NCBI GenBank assembly: GCA_046727955.1
Contig: JBKPDO010000170.1
Location: 3,230-67,229, forward strand
DNA: 64,000 nt
Reading direction: 5' to 3'
Origin: a bacterium
Lineage (GTDB): Bacteria > Actinomycetota > CALGFH01
The notes under the pieces are model-generated. The model did not search any database. It had not been told where the DNA came from and worked only from the letters and a program-made list of their open reading frames with translations. Positions within the stretch are counted from its first letter, which is position 1. Every line of letters begins with the position of its first letter. The translations under genes were made by a program, and so were the position numbers. This document shows positions 55,746 to 64,000 of this stretch, in pieces.

Positions 55746-58700
55746 ATGGCAGTGCAACTCGCCTCCACCCCGCTTCCTCCGAACGTGCACGTCGTCTACG
55801 AAGTCCTCTGCAGTGAGGGCCCGCAGACGGGCAGGCAGCTCGAGCTGCTGCTGGAGAAGCGAGGCGTGCTGGTCCCGGCCGGGCGGCTGCTGGAGCTCCC
55901 GCGCCGGTTTCCCGGCGTGTTCGCAATCGACCAGAGCAAGCGGCTCGCGGTGCCCCCGGCCTGCGACCGCTGCGGTGTCCACGCTTGCGATGTCTGCCAG
56001 CGCGACGTCGGAGCCCGCCCGTGCACGGTGTGCGAGCGGACGGTGTGCCTGGACTGCCGCAGCGCCGAGCCGGGCCTCGAGTCGTGCTGCCTCGACTGCG
56101 CCAAGCCCCGCCGCGCCCCGGACGCCGACCAGCGCTACGGCCGGGCCTGGGCGCTGGGCGCGGGCCGGTGGCTGCTGGTCGGCGAGCGCTCGGCCATGCT
56201 CGTCGGTGGGCCTGAAAGGCCAAGAGTGCTGGTCCCGGACGCCGATCTCGAGGACCCGGCGCGGCGGCGCCTGCGGGCGCTGGCCGCCGCGCTCCAGCTC
56301 CCCCCCGAAATCGGCCTGCGCCGGCGCGGGCCGGCGCCCGAGATCCCGGTCCCGGGGCCGGCGACCGCCTGGCTCGAGATGCGCGAAGAGGTGGCCTGGC
56401 GCTGGCTCCCGGACGGCGGCAGCGACGTCGACCTGGACGCCGCCGGCGCGCTGCCCCAGGCCGAGGGCCCGCCAGTCGTGAGCGAGGACGAGGCGGGGCT
56501 GGCCGCGCTGCTGGCGCGCCTCCGCGCCGAGGCGCCCCCACTGCCGGCCGGTGCGCTCGAGGTGACGCCTCTCCTCGAGGTCCACAACGTCACCGTCACC
56601 GTGGAGGGGCTCGAGCGGCGCCGCGAGCGCCACGAGCCCGGCGGCCGGGTCGAGACCGTGGCGGTCGAGCGGGTGCCGTTCGAGCCGAGCCAGCATCCGG
56701 CCGACCCTCCCGCCCGGCCGCTGGCCGCGGCCCGGCTCGACCCGGTGACCGCGACCGTCGACGCCGTCCACGCTTCCTGCCTGATCACCACGGCCGCCCC
56801 CGGCGCGTACGGGCGCTGGTTCGCGCCCGGCGCGCCCGGCGTCACCCTCGCCAGCGAGGTCACCTGGGGATCGGTGGTACCACTCGCCCGGCTCGCGCCG
56901 GGCACCCAGATCAGGCGGCCGAGGGAGGTCCGGCTTCCGGCCAAGGAGGACTTCGCCAGCCCGACAGGCGCGACCCTTGCCGAGCGCGAGGTCGAGGAGT
57001 CGTGGCGGCTGCTGCGCGGTCTCGAGGACGGCGGTGTCGCCGGGCCGGAAGACCTGGAGATGGTCGGCTACGAGCTGCTCCCCGTCGAGGAGCCGGCCGC
57101 GGCGGCGCCGGACGGCCTGCTGGAGACCGCCAGGCGGCTCGACCCGCTGGCCGAGGACGCGAGGGTGACGCTCGGCCTCTGCCTGGAGGTGGAGGAGCGC
57201 TGGGAGGGGCGCGGCAGCGCCCGACGTTCCTACCTGGTCCTCCCCGGGAGCCAGCCATGGCCGGTGCTGGACGACACCGGCGAGCCGGCCGCCGACTTCG
57301 GCGTCGACGAGCTGGGCCACCTGCACCAACCCGGGGCGGAGTGGATCTGCCCGGCCTGCGAGCGCGCCCGCTGCCCGGCCTGCGGTCCCGACGGCGAGCT
57401 GGACGCCTGCCCGGCCTGTGGGCAGCCCGCCTGCCAGGCGTGCCGGCTGGAGCCGCTCGAGCACGACGAGGACCAGCAGTGCGAGCGCTGCGGGACGCGG
57501 TCGTGCAGTGACTGCGGACGCACCGTCGGCGGAGTCCGATGCCGGCTGTGCCGCCGGCTCGCCTGCCGGCGCTGCCTCGCCGGCGGCTCGGACGGGCGCT
57601 GCCCGACCTGCATCGAGCTGCGTCCGGCCAGCGAGTCCGAGCTGCGGACGCTGCCCGCCGGGCTCGCGGCGGCCGGCCTCCACGTCCTCGCCTCGACCGA
57701 GGGCGGCTGGACCGTGGCGCTGCTGCTCGGGCGGCACCGGCGCGAGCTCGCCGTGCTCCACCACGGCGAGATGGTCCGCTGGGAGACCGCGGCACCGGAC
57801 GCACCCGTGCTGCTCCGCGCCCTCATCGGCGCCGCCGGGGCCGCCGGCGGCGAGGTCGAGCTGCGCCAGGGCAGAGCGCTGGCGCCGTCGCTGCCGCCCG
57901 GTCCGCACCTGCCGCTCGACAGCAGGCGAGAGGACTCGCTGCGCTGGGCGGTGCTCGACCGCGACGGCCGAGCGGTCGCCGGCAGCCAGGAGCCGCCGGA
58001 GCCGTCCGGTGCCGACTCGTCCACCTCGGTGCTCGCGTTGCTGGTCGAGGAGGCCGGGTGGGAGACGATCAGCATCCCGGAGCCCGCCCCCGAGGAGGTC
58101 GCCGAGTTGCTGCGCGAGCTCGAGCCGCCACGGCTGGCGGCGCCCGGCGGCACGCTGGTGCTCGACCCGCGTCGCGCCGGCGAGCTGACCTGGGTGGACG
58201 GCGGCGGCCTGCACCACACGTCCTTCGACGGCCGCGAGTCGCGCCAGGTCGACACGCCTTGGTCCGCTGAGACGGCGCCGGCGTGGGTGGAGGACGACTG
58301 GTTCCCGGTGCCCGAGGTCGTGCTGGGCGCGAGTCTCGAGGGTGTCGGCGCGGCCGTGGTGCGGGTCGGCTCGCACCTGGCGCTGGGGCTACGGGACAGC
58401 GAGGGCACCCGCTGGACCACCTTGCGCAATAACCCGGCCGACCTGGCAAAGCTGGCTCTCGGAGCCGCCCTCGGCGAGGAGGCGGCCCTCTACGAGGTGG
58501 TGGCGCTGACCGACCCCGACACCGTCCGCGGGCCGATCCTGGTCGATGCGTCCCTCCAGCAGCGGGTCAGCGAGCCTGCGACGGAGGAGCAGCCCGGCGT
58601 GGCATCCGACGAGCTCCTGCAGGTGGCCCTGCGCCGCTTCGCGCCCACCCTGCAGTGGACGCACCCGGCCGAGGACGGTGGCCCGGCCCCGGCTGAGCTG

Positions 58701-59300
58701 GCGTACGCGCTGCTCCGCCAGGCCGACGAGCACCCGCCACAGCTCCCCAGGGTCAAGGTGGGCATCGGCCTGCAGGTCGAGGAGAGCTGGCTGCAGCGCG
58801 CGTCCTGGGTCAAGCTGCGTTACGAGTTGCCGCCGGGCGAGCACGAGGGCATGGTCCGCTGCGAGGCCACCGGGATGCTGGTCACAGCGGTGTCCCGCGA
58901 CCGCGAGGGCCACCTGGTGGCGACGACCACCACCTGTCGCTACTGCCGCACGGAGACCTGCGTGCTGTGCGTCGCGTCGACACAGCCGTGCGCCATCTGC
59001 CAGATCCTCATCTGCGGCCGCTGCTCCTCCAGCCCAGGGCCAGACTACGTGCCGCGCTGCCCGGCCTGCGTTGACCTGCGGCGCCTGGGCTGGAAGGAGC
59101 GGCGGCGCTTCAACCGCCTGCTCGTCCCCGGCGGCCGGATCCTGGCTGGCCAGGACGCGCTCCACGGCGTGACCCTGGTGGAGTCCAGCGGCGGCTGGCA
59201 GGTCGTGCTGGACGAGCCGGGGCAGGAGCTGCCCTCGGCACTGGTCGCCACCACCACCCAGAAAGCCCGCCTGATCGACCGCATCGCCGACACGTCCTGA
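55746..59300 (+). CDS. Large uncharacterised multi-zinc-finger protein with internal duplication (1184 aa)
   Basis: GAGAGGGG RBS before ATG 55746; three CxxC clusters (5+9+5) separated by two homologous ~420-450 aa modules. Confidence 0.85.
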   Translation: MAVQLASTPLPPNVHVVYEVLCSEGPQTGRQLELLLEKRGVLVPAGRLLELPRRFPGVFAIDQSKRLAVPPACDRCGVHACDVCQRDVGARPCTVCERTVCLDCRSAEPGLESCCLDCAKPRRAPDADQRYGRAWALGAGRWLLVGERSAMLVGGPERPRVLVPDADLEDPARRRLRALAAALQLPPEIGLRRRGPAPEIPVPGPATAWLEMREEVAWRWLPDGGSDVDLDAAGALPQAEGPPVVSEDEAGLAALLARLRAEAPPLPAGALEVTPLLEVHNVTVTVEGLERRRERHEPGGRVETVAVERVPFEPSQHPADPPARPLAAARLDPVTATVDAVHASCLITTAAPGAYGRWFAPGAPGVTLASEVTWGSVVPLARLAPGTQIRRPREVRLPAKEDFASPTGATLAEREVEESWRLLRGLEDGGVAGPEDLEMVGYELLPVEEPAAAAPDGLLETARRLDPLAEDARVTLGLCLEVEERWEGRGSARRSYLVLPGSQPWPVLDDTGEPAADFGVDELGHLHQPGAEWICPACERARCPACGPDGELDACPACGQPACQACRLEPLEHDEDQQCERCGTRSCSDCGRTVGGVRCRLCRRLACRRCLAGGSDGRCPTCIELRPASESELRTLPAGLAAAGLHVLASTEGGWTVALLLGRHRRELAVLHHGEMVRWETAAPDAPVLLRALIGAAGAAGGEVELRQGRALAPSLPPGPHLPLDSRREDSLRWAVLDRDGRAVAGSQEPPEPSGADSSTSVLALLVEEAGWETISIPEPAPEEVAELLRELEPPRLAAPGGTLVLDPRRAGELTWVDGGGLHHTSFDGRESRQVDTPWSAETAPAWVEDDWFPVPEVVLGASLEGVGAAVVRVGSHLALGLRDSEGTRWTTLRNNPADLAKLALGAALGEEAALYEVVALTDPDTVRGPILVDASLQQRVSEPATEEQPGVASDELLQVALRRFAPTLQWTHPAEDGGPAPAELAYALLRQADEHPPQLPRVKVGIGLQVEESWLQRASWVKLRYELPPGEHEGMVRCEATGMLVTAVSRDREGHLVATTTTCRYCRTETCVLCVASTQPCAICQILICGRCSSSPGPDYVPRCPACVDLRRLGWKERRRFNRLLVPGGRILAGQDALHGVTLVESSGGWQVVLDEPGQELPSALVATTTQKARLIDRIADTS

Positions 59301-59425
59301 CCTGACGGCCACTCCGCCCGAGGACTGCACCTTTCCCCGCCGCGCGCCGGCGGCGGCGGAGCGCGTGGTAGCGTCGTTGGCAAATCAGGCCGGAGGGCGG
59401 CCGCTGAGCATCACTGGAGGTGGCG

Positions 59426-61444
59426 GTGACCGACCAGTTGCCGCGTGGCGGCGCGTCGGTGGCCCCCGAGCCGCTGTGGACGCCGTCGCACGCGCGGGTC
59501 GAGCGCTCCAGTCTGACCAGCTATCAGCGCTGGCTCGCCGACGCGCGAGCGCTCCACTTCGGTGACTACCACTCCCTGTGGCGTTGGTCGGTCACAGACC
59601 TGGACGCCTTCTGGCGCTCGATCTGGGATTTCTTCGGGGTCGGGGAGGGCCCGGCTCCGGCGCCCGCGATCGTGGAGCGCCGCATGCCCGGGACGCGGTG
59701 GTTCCCACAGGCGCGGCTCAACTACGCCGAGCTGGCGTTGCGGCGGCGCGACGAGCACCCGGCGGTCGTCGCCGGCTCCGAGGACGGCGAGCTGCGCACG
59801 GTGAGCTACGCGGAGCTGGCGCGGTCGGTCGCGGCCGCCGCGGCGGGCCTGCGGCGCCTCGGGGTCCGTCAGGGCGAGCGCGTGGTCGCCTACCTGCCCA
59901 ATGTGCCCGAGACCGTGATCGCGTTCCTGGCCAGCGCGAGCATCGGCGCCATCTGGTCGAGCTGCGCGCCGGAGTTCGGCGTCTCCAGCGTGGTCGACCG
60001 CTTCCAGCAGATCGAGCCCAAGGTGCTCCTCGCGGTGGACGGGTACCGATATGGCGGACGCTGGCACGACCGCCGCGAGGCGGTCGAGGCCATCCGCGCT
60101 CAGCTCCCGACCCTCGAGGCGACCGTGCTGGTCCCAGCCCCCGGGCAGGAAGCCGGCACGGCACGGCCCCCCGCCGGGCCCCCCGCCGCCGGCGGTGTCC
60201 TCGGCTGGGCGGATCTGCTCGCGGGAGAGGTCGAGCCACGGCTCGGCTTCGAGCAGGTCGCGTTCGATCACCCTCTGTGGATCCTGTACTCCTCTGGCAC
60301 GACCGGGCTGCCCAAGCCGATCGTGCAGGGGCACGGCGGGATCGTGCTCGAGCACCTGAAGTCGCTCGCCCTGCATCTTGATCTCGGGCCGACCGACCGC
60401 TTCTCCTGGTTCACCACCACTGGCTGGATGATGTGGAACTTGCTGGTGAGCGGCCTGCTGCTGGGCGCGACCGTGCTCTGCTACGACGGCAGCCCGGGCC
60501 ATCCGGACATGGAGGCGCTGTGGCGCTTCGCCGAGGCCACCGGCATGACCTACTTCGGGACCAGCGCGGCCTACGTGCTGTCGTGCATGAAGGCCGGGGT
60601 CGAGCCGGCGGTCATCGCCGACCTGTCTCGACTCCGCTCGGTCGGGTCGACCGGCTCGCCCCTGCCGCCAGAGGGCTTCGCCTGGCTGTACCAGCACGTC
60701 GACGAGGACATCCTGGTTGGGTCGGTCAGCGGTGGCACCGACGTGTGCACCGCATTCGTCGAATCCTGCCCGTGGCTGCCGGTCTACGCCGGCGAGATCC
60801 AGTGCCGCGCCCTCGGCGCCAAGGTGGAGGCATTCGACGAGCACGGGCGCTCCGTGGTCGATGAGGTCGGCGAGCTGGTGATCACCGAGCCGCTGCCGTC
60901 GATGCCGCTCTATTTCTGGAACGACCCGGACGGTAGCCGCTATCGCGACAGCTACTTCTCTACCTGGCCGGGCGTGTGGCGCCACGGCGACTGGGTCGAG
61001 ATAACCAGCCGGGGAAGCGTGGTGATATCCGGACGCTCGGACTCCACCATGAACCGTGGCGGCGTCCGCATGGGCACCGGCGAGTTCTACCGGGTGGTGG
61101 AGGGACTCGACGAGATCACCGACAGCCTTGTGGTGGACGTGAGCGACCCGGGCGGAGAGGGCCGGCTTCTGCTGTTCGTGGTGCTGCGGCCAGGGCTCGA
61201 GCTGGACGGGGAACTGGAGCGACGCATCCGCGACACGGTGCGGCGCGAGCTGTCCCCGCGCCACGTGCCCGACGAGGTCCACCCGATCGCCGAGGTGCCG
61301 CGGACGCTCAGCGGCAAGAAGCTCGAGGTGCCGGTCAAGCGCATCCTCACCGGCGTGCCTATGGAGCGGGCCCTGAGCGAGGGCGCGCTGGCGAACCCGG
61401 ACGCAATTCACGCCGTCGTCGCGCTGGCAACAAAGGGCCGGTGA
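59426..61444 (+). CDS. Acetoacetate--CoA ligase
   Basis: WFPQARLNYAE, YSSGTTGLPKPIVQ, FTTTGWMMWN, SGGTD, WRHGD and SGKKLEVPVK motifs. Confidence 0.95.
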   Translation: MTDQLPRGGASVAPEPLWTPSHARVERSSLTSYQRWLADARALHFGDYHSLWRWSVTDLDAFWRSIWDFFGVGEGPAPAPAIVERRMPGTRWFPQARLNYAELALRRRDEHPAVVAGSEDGELRTVSYAELARSVAAAAAGLRRLGVRQGERVVAYLPNVPETVIAFLASASIGAIWSSCAPEFGVSSVVDRFQQIEPKVLLAVDGYRYGGRWHDRREAVEAIRAQLPTLEATVLVPAPGQEAGTARPPAGPPAAGGVLGWADLLAGEVEPRLGFEQVAFDHPLWILYSSGTTGLPKPIVQGHGGIVLEHLKSLALHLDLGPTDRFSWFTTTGWMMWNLLVSGLLLGATVLCYDGSPGHPDMEALWRFAEATGMTYFGTSAAYVLSCMKAGVEPAVIADLSRLRSVGSTGSPLPPEGFAWLYQHVDEDILVGSVSGGTDVCTAFVESCPWLPVYAGEIQCRALGAKVEAFDEHGRSVVDEVGELVITEPLPSMPLYFWNDPDGSRYRDSYFSTWPGVWRHGDWVEITSRGSVVISGRSDSTMNRGGVRMGTGEFYRVVEGLDEITDSLVVDVSDPGGEGRLLLFVVLRPGLELDGELERRIRDTVRRELSPRHVPDEVHPIAEVPRTLSGKKLEVPVKRILTGVPMERALSEGALANPDAIHAVVALATKGR

Positions 61445-61455
61445 GCAGTGCCGCC

Positions 61456-61483
61456 TCGTCACTGACGAGCTCGTCAGTGACGA
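61456..61483. other. Perfect 28-bp palindrome (terminator or operator)
   Basis: TCGTCACTGACGAGCTCGTCAGTGACGA equals its own reverse complement; 11 bp after the ligase stop. Confidence 0.7.
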
Positions 61484-61846
61484 TTGGTATTTCTGGTATT
61501 TCTCGGGATCTCTGACAGGTTCGAGGCGATCAGCGCCAATTTATCAACCCGATATCGAGCCGTGCCTCTCCCTTTGCGGGATCGAACGCCTCGACTGCGC
61601 GAACCGGGTTAGGTTCCAACCACGCAACTTCCGGTGATTCCGCGATGCGGGACACCACGGAGGCAAAGGTGTCTGGGCCTCACCGTCCGCCCAGATCCCC
61701 CCTTGGCCCGGCCTCCGAGGTTGGTGCCTTGACAGTAGGAGATCGCCGACCGTTCGGGGCTTTCTTGCGGCCGGCCTCTCCCCGTCCGTGGCGTTCGTGG
61801 CCGAGTTTCATCGACCACCTGCGCACCTCAAGGAAAGCCATTGGCT

Positions 61847-62500
61847 ATGAAGATTCGGCGCCGCCTCGGGTTCCTCGCGATCGCCGTGTCCGCGCTGCTG
61901 GCAGCAGGCCTGCTGTTCAGCGCGCCAGCCTTCGCGTGGCATGCCGACATCACGGACCTGCACGCCGTATGCCCACCCGGCTCGGACGAGAACCAGGTCG
62001 AGTTCGTCCTGGAGCTCTTCGAGAAGGGCCACACGGGCCACGTGGAGGCCGACTACACGATCGGGGGGGAGACGACCGCCCTTCCCAACAAGGACTTTGG
62101 TCCAGACGACCAGTCCTTGAGCTTCGAATTCTCCGTGCCGGGTCCGGAGAACGACGAAACGGCGATCACGGTCCACACCAAGACCTTCTTCGACGACAGC
62201 GAGCACACGCCTGAGAGCGAGGCGTCCGCCACGCTGGAGAAGTGCCAGAACCAAGAGACCACCCCCACGACGACGCCGACCCCGAGCACCGAGGCGCAGA
62301 CCCCGCCGGTCGGGGCGCCGGCCCCGGCCCCGAGCACCGAGGCTCCGAACACCACCGCGGCGGCAGCCAAGGCCGAGTCCGAGCTTCCGGGCACGGGATC
62401 GAGCAACACGCTGCCGATGCTGATCGTGGGGCTCGTCATGCTGGTGGGTGGCGGTGCGGCCCTGTTCACCGCCCGCATCCGCGGGCGCCACGCCAAGTAG
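61847..62500 (+). CDS. Secreted LPXTG cell-wall-anchored protein
   Basis: Signal peptide ending APAFA-W; Thr/Pro stalk; LPGTG + hydrophobic helix + RIRGRHAK. Confidence 0.88.
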   Translation: MKIRRRLGFLAIAVSALLAAGLLFSAPAFAWHADITDLHAVCPPGSDENQVEFVLELFEKGHTGHVEADYTIGGETTALPNKDFGPDDQSLSFEFSVPGPENDETAITVHTKTFFDDSEHTPESEASATLEKCQNQETTPTTTPTPSTEAQTPPVGAPAPAPSTEAPNTTAAAAKAESELPGTGSSNTLPMLIVGLVMLVGGGAALFTARIRGRHAK

Positions 62501-62532
62501 GTCCGACCACCGACACAACCGACCGAACCCTA

Positions 62533-62562
62533 AGAGGCCCCGGGCATCCCGCCGGGGCCTCT
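62533..62562. terminator. Intrinsic terminator hairpin between convergent genes
   Basis: AGAGGCCCCGG-N8-CCGGGGCCTCT. Confidence 0.8.
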
Positions 62563-62574
62563 GCCTTTGCCTAC

Positions 62575-64000
62575 CTACCTTGTGGGCAGTACGTCCAGGT
62601 CGAGGTCACTGGCGTTGTTGAGGAGGGCGGTCGCGTCGACCAGGCGGTAGGCGTAGCCCTGCTCGGCCAGGAAGCGCTGGCGGCGCTGGGCGAACTCCGT
62701 GTCGTTGGTGTCCCGGCTCACGACCGTGTAGAAGCGCGCGCGGCCTCCGTCCGCCTTGGGGCGCAGGATGCGGCCCAGCCGCTGCGCCTCCTCCTGGCGG
62801 CTGCCGAACGTGCCCGAGACCTGGATGGCCACGTTCGCCTCGGGCAGGTCCAGTGAGAAATTGGCCACCTTCGACACCACCACGCGCCTGAGATCGCCGC
62901 AGCGAAACGCGGCGAAGAGATGCTCGCGATCGCGCACCGGGGTCTGGCCGGTGATCACCGGAGCGCCCAGCCACTCGCCCAGGATCTCGAGCTGGTCCAG
63001 ATATTGCCCGATCACCAGTACCCGGTCGTCGCGGTGGCGTTCGGCGAGATGGCCGACAACGGCCAGCTTGGAGCGGGCGGTCGCGGCACGGCGGTAGCGC
63101 TCCTCCGGCTCCGCCGTCGCGTAGTCCATGCGCTCCGGCTCGGTCAGGTCGACCCGCACCTCCACGCAGTCGGCGGCCGCGACCCAGCCCTGCGCCTCCA
63201 GCTCGCGCCAGGGCACGTCGTAGCGCTTCGGGCCGATCAGGCTGAAGACGTCGCCCTCACGGCCGTCCTCGCGCACCAGCGTGGCGGTGAGCCCCAGACG
63301 GCGCCGGGCCTGGATCTCGGCGGTCATGCGGAACACCGGCGCCGGCAGCAGGTGGACCTCGTCGTAGATCACCAGGCCCCAGTCCTCGCGGCCGAGCAGG
63401 GCCAGATGCGGGTAGACACCCCGCCGCCGGGTGGCCAGCACCTGGTAGGTCGCGATGGTGACCGGCGCGATCTCCTTGCGCGCGCCCGAGTACTCCCCCA
63501 CCTGCCCGGGCTCGATCGTGGTGCGGGCGAGCAGCTCGTCGCGCCACTGCCTGGCGGCCAGTGTAGAGGTCACCAGGACCAGCGTGCGTGCCTGGACCGC
63601 CGCCATCGCGCCCAGCCCGACCAGCGTCTTGCCCGCGCCACAGGGCAGCACGATCACGCCGGAGCCGGCGGGCGCGAAGGCGGCCGCGGCCTCGCACTGG
63701 TAGCGGCGCAGCGCGAACTGCTCGCCGGTCGCGGCGTGGGCCTCGCGCAGCCGCAGCTCGAGCGGCGCACCCTGCACATAGCCGGCCTGGTCGTCGGCGG
63801 GCCAGCCCAGCGCGAGCAGCGCCTGCTTGAGCCGCCCCCGCTCGCCGAGCGGGACCAGCGCCCGGCCAGCGTCCAGCCGCCCGGCCAGCAGCGGACCTGC
63901 CTGCTTGGAGCGCACGACCTCTTCGAGCACGGCCGCCTGGCTCGACTCCAGCACCAGATGGCCAGCGTGCTCCGGGTCGGCGCGCAGCACCAGGCGGCCG
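62575..64000 (-). CDS. XPB/Rad25-like DNA helicase (5' end outside the window)
   Basis: VLPCGAGKT, DEVH, LGLTAT and SGTFGSRQEEAQRLGR motifs. Confidence 0.95.
   Translation of the reverse strand, partial: GRLVLRADPEHAGHLVLESSQAAVLEEVVRSKQAGPLLAGRLDAGRALVPLGERGRLKQALLALGWPADDQAGYVQGAPLELRLREAHAATGEQFALRRYQCEAAAAFAPAGSGVIVLPCGAGKTLVGLGAMAAVQARTLVLVTSTLAARQWRDELLARTTIEPGQVGEYSGARKEIAPVTIATYQVLATRRRGVYPHLALLGREDWGLVIYDEVHLLPAPVFRMTAEIQARRRLGLTATLVREDGREGDVFSLIGPKRYDVPWRELEAQGWVAAADCVEVRVDLTEPERMDYATAEPEERYRRAATARSKLAVVGHLAERHRDDRVLVIGQYLDQLEILGEWLGAPVITGQTPVRDREHLFAAFRCGDLRRVVVSKVANFSLDLPEANVAIQVSGTFGSRQEEAQRLGRILRPKADGGRARFYTVVSRDTNDTEFAQRRQRFLAEQGYAYRLVDATALLNNASDLDLDVLPTR

Overview
High-GC actinobacterial chromosome segment. 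The left backbone (1-28.2 kb) carries a frameshifted vapC, a deletion-fused efflux operon, an ABC transporter, a GH38 alpha-mannosidase, an ECF sigma/anti-sigma pair, the argCJBDRGH cluster divergent from lysA, a MazEF-type toxin-antitoxin pair and a cobalamin riboswitch ahead of metE. A ~22.9 kb integrative element (28249-51154) is bounded by a 31-bp direct repeat (1 mismatch) and is inserted into the 3' end of a CPBP/CAAX-protease gene rather than a tRNA. It carries a tyrosine integrase, excisionase, AAA helicase with internal iterons, an AICE-like WhiB/GIY-YIG/NlpC-P60/transglycosylase/DUF2637 operon lacking TraB, an HD-NUDIX-XRE triad and probable defence cargo (1213-aa TPR-PIN protein, HEPN-like protein, AT-rich membrane protein). 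The right backbone has an MFS transporter, a secreted gene pair, an uncharacterised 1184-aa protein with 19 CxxC motifs and an internal duplication, acetoacetate-CoA ligase, an LPXTG protein and an XPB-like helicase. Other highlights are a candidate ~93-nt ncRNA next to attL and palindromic REP-like units translated in frame inside argB. All calls come from reading motifs by eye; no searches were run.
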